Positions 50,727 through 59,479 of a stretch of 64,000 bases of DNA are shown in pieces. Both the position numbers and the translations under genes were made by a program. The stretch comes from a virus, in IMG/VR virus record IMGVR_UViG_3300012922_000006, positions 1 to 64,000 of that record, one strand, 5' to 3'. Under the pieces are notes generated by a model, which made no database searches, was not told the DNA's origin, and worked only from the letters and a program-made list of their open reading frames with translations. How positions within the stretch are numbered: the stretch's first letter is position 1; the number at the start of each line of letters is the position of its first letter.

Positions 50727-51899
50727 TCACGCGACCTCCCCGGTCTCTTCGTCGTGCTCCACCGGCTCCACCTCCGCGAACTTCTCGCGAGTCCGAGCCT
50801 CGATCGCGCCGAGCCACTCCGCGTTCCCCGCCAGCACCTTCACCACGTTGTGCTCCCCCGCGGCGATGCGCTCCCCGAGCGACTCGTCCGCGTACCAGCT
50901 CCCGCTCTTCGACACGACGCCGACACGGAGCGCGAGGTCGAGGACGTCGCGAGCGCGGTCGAACCCGAACGGCACGAGCACGCCGTTGCTCGAGTGGAAG
51001 TGCGAGACCTGCACCTTCCCCTCCTTCGCCGCCACCTTCGTCTTCTTGATCGTGAGGCGGTGGCGCTCCCCGTACACCTTCGCGTCGGCACCCTCGCCGT
51101 GCGTGACGAACTTCTCGCGCTCCACGCGCATCACGAGGCTCGCGTCGTAGTAGATCGCCGACCCGCCGCCGACCTTGTAGTCGTTGCCGAACTTCTTGGC
51201 CCACGGCTTCGCGTCCGGGTCCTGCATCTCGCGAGCGACCGCGATGAAGCCCGCACCCGCGCGCTCGAGCATCGGCACCAGCTCGTCCATCCACGCCGCG
51301 TTCATCTTCGCCTTGAGCTGCCCGCCGCGGTCGTTGCCGCCCTTCACCTCGGAGGCGTCCTGCTCCGCCTTCAGGATCTCCTTCATGAGGTCGCGGGGCA
51401 CGAGCTTCTTCAGGCTGTCGACCACCACGAGCGCGCCCGTCTCCTCGTCGACCTCGCCCTCCCTCCGGGCCTCGGCGACGTTGTTGAGGAACACGCGCAC
51501 CTCCGCCATCGTCTGCTCGTAGTTGTCGGGTCGGATCGCGAAGTAGCGCGGGTGGTCCGCGTACTGCCCGATCAGCCCCTCGACCCACGTGATCGGCGTC
51601 GTCCGCTCCGCGTCGACGTGGAGCACGAAGTGGTCGCGCGCGAGGAAGCTTCCCTCGAAGCCGATCGTAGCCAGCGTCTTGCCCTCGTTCGACCTACCGT
51701 GGATGAGCGAGAAGCGCTCGATCGGCAGGCCACCCACCCGCGTCGCGTGGTCGAAGTCGACGAAGCAGGTCGGCACGGCGCGCACGCGCGAGAGGACCTC
51801 GCGCGCCGGGCGGAACGCCTCGAAGCGCTTCGCCACCGCCGCGAGCTTCTTCGCGCGCCCCCTGTCCACCACCTCAGCAGCAGCCTTCCGTCCTCGCAT
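50727..51899 (-). CDS. recA: RecA-like recombinase
   Basis: GGLP, GRSNEGKT, VDAE, VVVDSL, GG.AI.YDAS, KTKV. Confidence 0.88.
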   Translation of the reverse strand: MRGRKAAAEVVDRGRAKKLAAVAKRFEAFRPAREVLSRVRAVPTCFVDFDHATRVGGLPIERFSLIHGRSNEGKTLATIGFEGSFLARDHFVLHVDAERTTPITWVEGLIGQYADHPRYFAIRPDNYEQTMAEVRVFLNNVAEARREGEVDEETGALVVVDSLKKLVPRDLMKEILKAEQDASEVKGGNDRGGQLKAKMNAAWMDELVPMLERAGAGFIAVAREMQDPDAKPWAKKFGNDYKVGGGSAIYYDASLVMRVEREKFVTHGEGADAKVYGERHRLTIKKTKVAAKEGKVQVSHFHSSNGVLVPFGFDRARDVLDLALRVGVVSKSGSWYADESLGERIAAGEHNVVKVLAGNAEWLGAIEARTREKFAEVEPVEHDEETGEVA

Positions 51900-52429
51900 T
51901 ACGCATTCCTCTTTCTTCCGACGCTCCCGTCCCGATGCCGTCGCCCGTGGCATCGCGCGCAGAGCCACGTCACCTCGAGAGGCTTCGAGTAGTCGGCGTG
52001 GTGCGCCTGCACCTTCTCCGCGCTGCAGTCCTCGCACACGCCCCTCGTCAGCCGACCGATCTTGATCGCGTACTGCACTGCAGCCCGCGCCTTCCGCTTC
52101 TCCGGGTACCGCGCGATCGACTCGCGCGAATACCTCCGAAACCTCTCGGGGTCCTTTGACCGCGCTTCTTTGAGATACCCAGCAATCGCTTTCTTCCGAC
52201 TCGGTAGCTCCCACCGCACACGTTCGTAGGCGGCGATCTTCTCCGGGTACTCGATGCGGCGGTCCCTCACCGCTTGCTTCACGCACTCCTTACACCTGGA
52301 GAAGTACCCATCGCCCGACTTCTGCACGTAATAGCCGCCGACCACCGGCAACAACCTCTGACACTCCTTGCAGACCTTCTTCTGAACACGCATCCGCCCA
52401 TTCGTACTCGGCACGATGCGTGTTGTCAA
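51899..52429 (-). CDS. HNH homing endonuclease
   Basis: CKEC...CKEC; CEDC...HHADYSKPLEVTWLCARCH; paralogue of 49273-49683. Confidence 0.85.
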   Translation of the reverse strand: MTTRIVPSTNGRMRVQKKVCKECQRLLPVVGGYYVQKSGDGYFSRCKECVKQAVRDRRIEYPEKIAAYERVRWELPSRKKAIAGYLKEARSKDPERFRRYSRESIARYPEKRKARAAVQYAIKIGRLTRGVCEDCSAEKVQAHHADYSKPLEVTWLCARCHGRRHRDGSVGRKRNA

Positions 52430-52438
52430 AACGGAATG

Positions 52439-53812
52439 TTAGAAGGGTATCTCGTCGCTGTCGTCGGCTTCTCCCCCTCGCGAATGAACCGGTGGAGCAG
52501 GTATGGCAGGGCGACCACCCGCCTGACCGCGCGTGCGCATGGGGAGCGGGGGAGGCGGCGGAGGAGCGGGGGCCTCCTCGGCGTAGGCGTGCCCGCAGTG
52601 GGAGCACTTCGGGTCCCTCATCCGCATCAGCTTCTTGCAGCTCGCGACCTCGCACTGCACGACCTCGTCGCCGTGGCGGTCGAACACCGCACCGTCCGCG
52701 TCCGGCTCCGTGAGCGGGCCGAGCCCGTCGTTCTCCATGGGCTCCGGCTCCTGCGCCGGCCTGCCGCGCCCCCGGCCGTACCCGCGCGGCTCCGGCGCCT
52801 GCTGCGAGGGAGCGACGTCCGCGGGCACCTGCGCCTGCGCGGGGCGGTCACCGACGGAGAACAACTCGCCCCACGGGGGCTGCTGCGCCTTCGGGAGCAC
52901 GCAGAACTTCTCGAGCGTCGCCCGCATGGACGCCTGGTCGAACTCGCGCGTCATGTCCCTGATGTTCGGCGCCGTCGCCGGGTCGCGGATCAGGCGCTCG
53001 ACCTTCGGCGTGAGCACGAGCCCGTCGAGGCGGGCCGCCGCGTACTTCTTCTTCGGGTCCACCTCGCGCGGCCGCGACTGGAACTGGATCCCGTACGGGT
53101 GCTTGAACGGGTCGCCCTTCTCGCGACCGAGCGCCTTCGGCGCCATCGCGTCGGCGATCAGCTTCTGCACGTAGTCGCCAAGCCCGCCGCTCTCCTGCGA
53201 CGCGACCACGCCGTCCTCCACCTTGTTCGCGTTCACGTACGAGAACACGTAGGTCGGGCGCGCCGTGAAGTTCTCCTTGTAGGCGAACTTCATGCTGATC
53301 CCCGCGTCCTTGACCGCCTTCTTCTCGGCGTCGTTGAGCTTGTCCGGCTTGAGGTACCCAGCGATCCCGCCCGCGTGCACGGTGAGGTCGTCCTCGCGCA
53401 CGTCGCCGTGGAAGTGGAAGACCGGCGTCGTCAGGTCGAGCCTCCCACCGTCGATCTGCAGCCGCACCCAGTCCCAGGACTTGCACACGCCGCAGAGCAG
53501 CGGCGGCGTCTTCCGGAGCCCCGAGTCCTTGTGCCGGAAGTGCTGCTTCATCAGCAGCGTCTCCTCCTCCCAGCACGGGTACTTCTCGCTGTAGACCCGC
53601 TTCACCACCGCCTTCGTGTCCTTGTCCTCGCGCACGACGATCTTCGGGATCCCGTGGACCCAGACGACGGCGGGGAGCTGCACGCAGTGGAGGAAGAGGT
53701 CGAGGTCGGCGTCCTTGTCGCCGTCCCTCCACGACTTGAAGTAGCCGCCCCCCTCCTCGGAGGTGCGGTGGTTCACGAACTCGTCGGGTGACGCAAACGT
53801 GCGCACGGGCAT
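52439..53812 (-). CDS. probable ssDNA-binding protein (gp32-like) with Zn ribbon
   Basis: Acidic C-terminal DDSDEIPF tail typical of SSBs; position between RecA and the polymerase. Confidence 0.6.
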   Translation of the reverse strand: MPVRTFASPDEFVNHRTSEEGGGYFKSWRDGDKDADLDLFLHCVQLPAVVWVHGIPKIVVREDKDTKAVVKRVYSEKYPCWEEETLLMKQHFRHKDSGLRKTPPLLCGVCKSWDWVRLQIDGGRLDLTTPVFHFHGDVREDDLTVHAGGIAGYLKPDKLNDAEKKAVKDAGISMKFAYKENFTARPTYVFSYVNANKVEDGVVASQESGGLGDYVQKLIADAMAPKALGREKGDPFKHPYGIQFQSRPREVDPKKKYAAARLDGLVLTPKVERLIRDPATAPNIRDMTREFDQASMRATLEKFCVLPKAQQPPWGELFSVGDRPAQAQVPADVAPSQQAPEPRGYGRGRGRPAQEPEPMENDGLGPLTEPDADGAVFDRHGDEVVQCEVASCKKLMRMRDPKCSHCGHAYAEEAPAPPPPPPLPMRTRGQAGGRPAIPAPPVHSRGGEADDSDEIPF

Positions 53813-53851
53813 GGCTGGACTGTCCTCTCTTGGATCCCTACGGATGCCGCC

Positions 53852-54613
53852 TCAGCGGTTCTTCCCGAGCATCACCTGCAGCGACCGGCACCTCGAGTCG
53901 GTGCGGTCCACCAGGTTCTCGAGCGACTTGATCATCAGCTCGTTCTTGCGCTGCCTCACCCTCTGCGCCGCGAACTGGTCGGGGAACATGATCGACGCCA
54001 TGCCCTCGACGTCCGCGTCGGTGATCGCCTTGCTGCGCGCCTTCGAGTCCTTCTCGCGCTGGAGCGCGCCGTTCGCCTCCTCGCGCATCGCCGCGAACGT
54101 CGGCCGGTTCTCCAGCTCCCAGCGCTCCACCTCGAGCTTCGCCGTGATCATCAGGCGGTGCGCGTTCCTCGCGACCACCTCCGCGTCGTCGAGCGCGTGC
54201 ATGAGCGTCCCGTGGTCCGTCCGCTTCTCGCCGATGCGCAGCGACCGCTCGACCTGGTCGTAGACCTCGTCCGGCTTCTCGATGAAGACGCTCTCCACGA
54301 TGCGCTGCACGCGCGGGTCGAGCGGGTCCTCCCTGCCGGGTCGCACGTGGTTGAAGAGCCTCGCCGCCGGCGGGGGCGCGTCGTTCTTCGCCACCTCCTC
54401 CGCGAGCTTGCGGGAGGCCTCCCCGGCCTTGGCCTTGCGCTCCTCCTCGCGCACGCGGACGACCTCGAGCATCTCCGCAACCACGAGCCCCTCGTCGTCT
54501 CCGACCCCGTGGCCGTTCACGCACGCGAGCCCGCCCGGCACCACCGATTGCAGCGCGAGACACTCCGGGCAGTACGTGTCCGCCCGCTTCGCCGCCTGAC
54601 CCCTGGTCCTCAT
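53852..54613 (-). CDS. possible UvsY-like recombination mediator with N-terminal Zn finger
   Basis: Helical C-terminus AITDADVE...LENL...R..SLQ; context; CGGCATAC-N9-ATG. Confidence 0.4.
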   Translation of the reverse strand: MRTRGQAAKRADTYCPECLALQSVVPGGLACVNGHGVGDDEGLVVAEMLEVVRVREEERKAKAGEASRKLAEEVAKNDAPPPAARLFNHVRPGREDPLDPRVQRIVESVFIEKPDEVYDQVERSLRIGEKRTDHGTLMHALDDAEVVARNAHRLMITAKLEVERWELENRPTFAAMREEANGALQREKDSKARSKAITDADVEGMASIMFPDQFAAQRVRQRKNELMIKSLENLVDRTDSRCRSLQVMLGKNR

Positions 54614-57381
54614 GGACGCGACGTATGCCGCCGGCGCTCCCACGTCACCCACGCCTTCGCCGTGTCGACGACCCCGCCCCTGTCCTGCGTGAACGCGCCG
54701 CACACGCGGAGCACGCGCCCGCACGGGAGCGCGACGCTCGCCTGGTACCCACCCGCGGGCTGCTCGCGCACGCTGATCGTCACGGGGCCCACGGGCGCGA
54801 GAGTCGAGGCCCGGGCCTCGACTTGGTTCGCGGACGGGAGCGCGGGGGGCATCCGCCGTGGCGACTCCGGCGCGCGGATCCCGACGTCGACGCGCACCGA
54901 CTTCTTCCTGTCGAGCACGTCGCCGCCGAGCAGCAGCACCTGCCCCGGGAGCACGCGCCCGCTCCCACGCGGCTTCTGCGGCCTCACGCGCAGCCACCGC
55001 TCCCAGTCGTGGTCCGGGAACGCGCACTCGAGCAGGCGCTGCGTCGGCGGGTACACGAGCGACTCCCAGAGGTAGTAGCGGTCCGCCTCCGCGCCCGTGT
55101 AGTCCTCCGCCGGGATCACCTTCATCGGCGACCCGCTCGCGTCGGTCACCACGTACTCGACGCGCGTGCCCGCGCGCACGTCCTGCCCGCGCGCCGCGAG
55201 CACCCTCGCGACCTGCACGTGCGGCGGCGGCTCCGTCCACGTCCCGTCCTTCTTCTGCTTCACCTTGTACTCGCGCAGGTCCTTCAGGCTCGCGCTCTTC
55301 GACACCTTCTCGAGCGGCAGCTCGCCCTCCAGCACCTGCTCGCGCACGCGCGAGATCACCGCGTGGTAGCGCTCCAGGTCGCGCGTCGGCACCTGCCCTC
55401 GGTCGATGCCCATGCGCCCGACGAGCAGGTCGATCACGTGCGCCTGCATCTCCGTCGCCGTCTTGTTCGCGTCGCCGCGCCGCCACTCGAGGCCCTTGAT
55501 CTCCGGCGCGCTCTCGTCCGTCGCCGGCTTCCCGTCTGCGCTCAAGTACCTCGCCACGTATCGCTTGGCCGCCGTGAACACGAGCAGCTCGTACGTCTTC
55601 TCGAACGCGAGCTTGATCGCACTCGTCGTGCACCCGATGCTCTTCATCAACTGGGGGAAGAGTTCCTTGTTCGACGCGGACACGAACGCGAGGAACTCCT
55701 CCTCACTCGGCCCGATCAGGTAGCCAGAATCCGTGTCAGAAAATACGGCTTCAGCCTTCGCGCACGACCGCCACTCGTGCGCCTCCGCCGCCTCGATCGT
55801 CTTCCGGATCAACCACTGCGCCGTCTGCGTGATCGACTCGCCGATCTGCCTGTCGAAGTGCCGCGAGTAGAACGACGACACGACGCCGAAGAAGGAGTTC
55901 GCCATGACCTTCATGGCCGTCGAGAGGCGGTCCCACGCGTGCCACTCAGGCGTGCCGATGGGGCACTTTTTCTTCTCGTCGCTGTAGTGCTTCCGCAACC
56001 TGATCAGCTCAGCGATCGCGAACGTCAGGATCCCCTGCTCTGTCACGTCGAAGCAGACGCCCGTGCCAGGCGCGCGACACATGCCCTCTGGGACCAGACC
56101 GTTCACGGGCCCGAGCCGCTTCGTCTCCGGGCTCATGTTGAGCGTCTGGATGATGCTCGGGTAGAGGCTCTTGAAGTCGAAGACGTGAACGTTCTCAAGG
56201 ATCCCGTCCGCCATCCCCCGGGCCTTGCGCCACGCCGCGCTGAGCGACTTCGGCTGCATGACGTACGCGCCTCGGAACTTCTCCGGCTTCTCCAGGTACG
56301 TCTTCGTCGGGAACCGGTAGTCGCGCTCACTGCCGAGGCGCATCAGGTACCCGTCGACCTGGTGCGTCGGGTTCAGCGACGCCGAGTCCGCGAAGATCCC
56401 GCACGCGCTCGTCATCACGTGGAACAGCTCGATGAAGCCCGTCTCCTCCTCGATCAGGCGGAGGAGGTCCGTGTCCTCGACGTTGTACTGGAGCAGCAGC
56501 TCTCGGAACGCGCCGCCCGCGGCCCAGAGGTCCCACGCGAGCGCGCCGAGCGGCTTGTTCCCGAAGCGCTCCACCACCCACGGGGGCGCCTTGAGCTTCC
56601 CCCTGCCCGTGATCGCCTGCCCGACGTCCTCGAGCTTCATGCTCCGCTTCTCGTCGCCGCTCTTCGCCGCCGTGTTCAGGCGGTCGACGACGTCGAGGTG
56701 GTCGACCCAGAGGACGCGCCTCGCCTCCGCGCGGATGCCCCGCCTGCGCGAGCGCTCGAAGATGACGGGGAAGTCGAAGCCGTCTCCCTTGATGCGCGTG
56801 TCGCCGCCGTTCCACGCGACGACCTGGTCGTAGTCGCGGACCTCCTCCCAGAACCACTCGAGCAGCACCTTCTCCGCCGCGTCGCTGTCCTCCGCGAGGA
56901 GCCTGCCCTCCCTCCGCGCCCCGTCCGCGCTGACGACCGCGACGCAGAGGACGCGCATCTCCTCCTTCTCGGAGAAGGGCACGCGCGAGTCGGTCTCGAT
57001 GTCGACGTAGCAGCGGCGCGGCTTCGCGATCCGCGGCTTCCTGTCGACGAGCCAGCGCTCGACCGGCCTCACGTCCGCCTCGTAGCTGACCACCCCCGCT
57101 TGCACGAGCGGCGACTGCCCGTCGGTCGTCATCAGCTCGCGCTCGCGGCGCCCGCGCCACTGGATGCGCCACCACGACCCGTCCGGCCGCATGCTCCGCA
57201 CCACCCGCGACGCCTTGAGCATCCGCTCCACCGCCGGCGTCACCTCGTCGCGCCGGCAGAAGCTCACCCACTCCGCCGGAGCGCGGTGGCCGACCACGCG
57301 CCCGTCCTCCCTGCGGTGCACGAGGACCAGCGTGTCCTCGTCCTCCAAGTACGCGTTTAGGTACTCCCGATCGTCGGCCAT
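54610..57381 (-). CDS. family B DNA polymerase with 3'-5' exonuclease
   Basis: DIETD, WNG..FDFP, YNVED, FDFKSLYPS, K..ANSFFG, SDTDS, KRY. Confidence 0.95.
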   Translation of the reverse strand: MADDREYLNAYLEDEDTLVLVHRREDGRVVGHRAPAEWVSFCRRDEVTPAVERMLKASRVVRSMRPDGSWWRIQWRGRRERELMTTDGQSPLVQAGVVSYEADVRPVERWLVDRKPRIAKPRRCYVDIETDSRVPFSEKEEMRVLCVAVVSADGARREGRLLAEDSDAAEKVLLEWFWEEVRDYDQVVAWNGGDTRIKGDGFDFPVIFERSRRRGIRAEARRVLWVDHLDVVDRLNTAAKSGDEKRSMKLEDVGQAITGRGKLKAPPWVVERFGNKPLGALAWDLWAAGGAFRELLLQYNVEDTDLLRLIEEETGFIELFHVMTSACGIFADSASLNPTHQVDGYLMRLGSERDYRFPTKTYLEKPEKFRGAYVMQPKSLSAAWRKARGMADGILENVHVFDFKSLYPSIIQTLNMSPETKRLGPVNGLVPEGMCRAPGTGVCFDVTEQGILTFAIAELIRLRKHYSDEKKKCPIGTPEWHAWDRLSTAMKVMANSFFGVVSSFYSRHFDRQIGESITQTAQWLIRKTIEAAEAHEWRSCAKAEAVFSDTDSGYLIGPSEEEFLAFVSASNKELFPQLMKSIGCTTSAIKLAFEKTYELLVFTAAKRYVARYLSADGKPATDESAPEIKGLEWRRGDANKTATEMQAHVIDLLVGRMGIDRGQVPTRDLERYHAVISRVREQVLEGELPLEKVSKSASLKDLREYKVKQKKDGTWTEPPPHVQVARVLAARGQDVRAGTRVEYVVTDASGSPMKVIPAEDYTGAEADRYYLWESLVYPPTQRLLECAFPDHDWERWLRVRPQKPRGSGRVLPGQVLLLGGDVLDRKKSVRVDVGIRAPESPRRMPPALPSANQVEARASTLAPVGPVTISVREQPAGGYQASVALPCGRVLRVCGAFTQDRGGVVDTAKAWVTWERRRHTSRP
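54802..54823. repeat. 22-bp palindrome, copy 12 (polymerase C-terminal tail)
   Basis: Exact copy; read as VEARAST. Confidence 0.98.
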
Positions 57382-57398
57382 GGGCCCCGACTATGCCG

Positions 57399-57554
57399 CT
57401 ACCGCACGTGCCTCACCCCGCACCGGCACTGGTGCACCCGGACCGTCGCGGTGCCGGGCGCGCCCTCACCCGGCCACTCGAGGACGACGCCGCACCTGCA
57501 CCGGAAGCGGCGCCTCGTGACCGGCGCTTCCTGGACGACCGACGTCTGCTTCAT
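57399..57554 (-). CDS. 51-aa Cys-rich protein (not in the ORF track)
   Basis: CRCG...HQCRCG; TAGCCT-N9-ATG. Confidence 0.45.
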   Translation of the reverse strand: MKQTSVVQEAPVTRRRFRCRCGVVLEWPGEGAPGTATVRVHQCRCGVRHVR

Positions 57555-57577
57555 GGGGTCGCGAGGCTAGCAGCCCC

Positions 57578-58696
57578 TCACTCGTCCTCGACCCGCCGCG
57601 TGTTCACGCGCAGCTCCAGCTCCCCACCCGCGCCCGACGGCACGACCGTGAACTGCATCACGACGCCCGGCTGCAGCTGCATCCACCCCCACGGCACGTC
57701 GCCGAGCTTCTTCGCCCGCGTCCCCGCCTTCGGGTCCGGGTTCTTCATGTCCATCGACGCCTTCTTGAAGAGCTTCACGCGCTGCGCGCCGACGATGTTC
57801 GCGACGGTGATCTTCTTCTGCGCCTTGGCGTTGCCCGTGTCCGCGCGCTCCTCCGCGGGCATCGCCTTGTGGCCGCCCTTCGGCACCACGTTGCCCGTGT
57901 CGCTGCGCACCGTGGTCTCGCGCGTCGCGTTCGCGCTGCGCACCGCCTTCTCGATGTCGCGCTTCGAGGCACCCGCCTTGATCTGCTCCTCGAGCCGCTT
58001 GCGGTCCTCGGGCGGCGCCTGCAGCGCGAGCAGCAGCTTCTTCGTCCCGAACTGGGTGACCAGGTCGCGCGTGTAGTTCCGCGACGTGCGCATCAGCTCG
58101 CGCGCGTTGCCGGGCGTCATCAGCAGCTCGGCGTGGCAGAAGGCCTCGAAGCTGTTCCACCGCTGCTTGGTCCCCAGCTCGTTGAGGCGGAGCATCCAGA
58201 GCCCCTCGTCCTTCATCCGGTTCAGCTCGTTGCCAAGCTCCCAGAGGGCGACCGCGCCCGCCGTCTTCAGCACCGTGATGCGCGCGACGCGCGCGTCTAG
58301 ATCGGTCTCGCTCGCGCGCCCGCTGATGAACGACGCCTTCGCAGGAGCGACCTTCACGATCGCCGTCGTGGGCTCCGGGCGCGAGTCGGCCCGCGTGAGC
58401 GCGTCCGGGTCCTCCTCCGCGGAGTCGCCGGCGAACTTGCAGAACGGGCAAGACTCGAGAACGCCCGGCGACGGACCGCTGCAGTGCGAGCAGTCGACGA
58501 GAGCCTCCGTCTTGGTCGTGCGCCGGAAGAAGCTGATCAGGTCGCGCGCGCGCCCCTCCGGGTTCTTCTTCTTGTCGTAGGGGTTGGCCTTCAGGACCAG
58601 CGCCTGCGCGTCCATGTACTTCGCGTCGACCTTCGACGGGTCGAACGCCTTCTCCTCGTCAGACACCGCGACCACCACGCCGTTCGTCGTGCCCAT
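57578..58696 (-). CDS. putative DNA-binding protein (DUF3102-like) with Zn finger
   Basis: CSHC..CPFC; WELGNEL...W.SFE.FC..EL...A.ELM. Confidence 0.5.
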   Translation of the reverse strand: MGTTNGVVVAVSDEEKAFDPSKVDAKYMDAQALVLKANPYDKKKNPEGRARDLISFFRRTTKTEALVDCSHCSGPSPGVLESCPFCKFAGDSAEEDPDALTRADSRPEPTTAIVKVAPAKASFISGRASETDLDARVARITVLKTAGAVALWELGNELNRMKDEGLWMLRLNELGTKQRWNSFEAFCHAELLMTPGNARELMRTSRNYTRDLVTQFGTKKLLLALQAPPEDRKRLEEQIKAGASKRDIEKAVRSANATRETTVRSDTGNVVPKGGHKAMPAEERADTGNAKAQKKITVANIVGAQRVKLFKKASMDMKNPDPKAGTRAKKLGDVPWGWMQLQPGVVMQFTVVPSGAGGELELRVNTRRVEDE

Positions 58697-58741
58697 GTTC
58701 TTCCTCGCCTCCTGTTTTCGTCCCGCACCTGATGCCGCCGG

Positions 58742-58763
58742 AGTCGAGGCCCGGGCCTCGACT
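58742..58763. repeat. 22-bp palindrome, copy 13
   Basis: Exact copy; 6 nt beyond the sigma-factor stop. Confidence 0.98.
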
Positions 58764-58769
58764 CGCTAC

Positions 58770-59399
58770 TCACGCGGCATGGAGGCGCCGCGCCACCGCC
58801 GCAGCCGCCCCGACCACCGCCTCCACCACCGCGCGCCGCGGACCCCGCGCGCGCGCCACCACCGACTCGATCGTCTCCCCCCGCCGCAGGCACCGGACCA
58901 CGTGCGCCTCGATGGCCGATTCGCACGCCGCCTCCGCTGCCGCCTCGCGCTCCGACTCCGCCACCGCGTCCTCCGCCGTGTAGTCGACCCGCACGCGCCG
59001 CTCCCACCAGCTCCCGTCGTCCGCGTCCTCGCCCTGCTTCGCGTACGAGGAGAGCGGCCGCTCGGCGTGCGACGGGTTGCTGTCCGCGTTCCCCGAGAGC
59101 TTCGCGCCGCGCGCCTTGTGCGCCCGCTTCTTCGCCTTGTCGAACGCGTTGTAGACCACGTACGCGCCGAGCGTGGTGCCCCTGTCCGGCTCCCACTTCC
59201 AGGTGAAGTCGGCGACGGCGAGCAGCATGTCCTGCTCGACGTCCTCCCGCGCCACCCACGCGGGCTGGCGCCACCGGCGCATCAGGATCGCCGCCTGCCT
59301 GCGCCAGAGCGTCGCCGTGCGGCGCGCGAACTGAGTGAACGTGATCCTCCCGTCGCGCAGCAGCGCGAACGACTCCTCGTGCTCGTCGTCGATCCTCAT
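58770..59399 (-). CDS. phage-encoded sigma70-family factor (region 2 recognisable)
   Basis: EDVEQDMLLAVADFTWKWEPDRGTTLGAYVVYNA resembles the region 2 pattern DLxQE...KFDxxRGxxFxTYA. Confidence 0.7.
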   Translation of the reverse strand: MRIDDEHEESFALLRDGRITFTQFARRTATLWRRQAAILMRRWRQPAWVAREDVEQDMLLAVADFTWKWEPDRGTTLGAYVVYNAFDKAKKRAHKARGAKLSGNADSNPSHAERPLSSYAKQGEDADDGSWWERRVRVDYTAEDAVAESEREAAAEAACESAIEAHVVRCLRRGETIESVVARARGPRRAVVEAVVGAAAAVARRLHAA

Positions 59400-59479
59400 T
59401 GGCCGCAGCCTCCTCCGCCGCGCCCCGGGCGCGACACCTCGAACGTTGCTCCCAGCTCGACCGAAAAGGAAGCGAAAAG

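Noticed and set aside
4135-57360. Long plus-strand and alternative-frame ORFs (e.g. 4135-6546, 15578-18643, 22407-24803, 47226-49643, 54625-57360)
   Set aside because: Shadow ORFs of GC-rich minus-strand genes; Arg/Pro/Ala-rich with no recognisable motifs.
35496-57381. Inteins or introns in terL, recA or the polymerase
   Set aside because: Lengths are ordinary and no intein splice-junction or LAGLIDADG motifs were seen.
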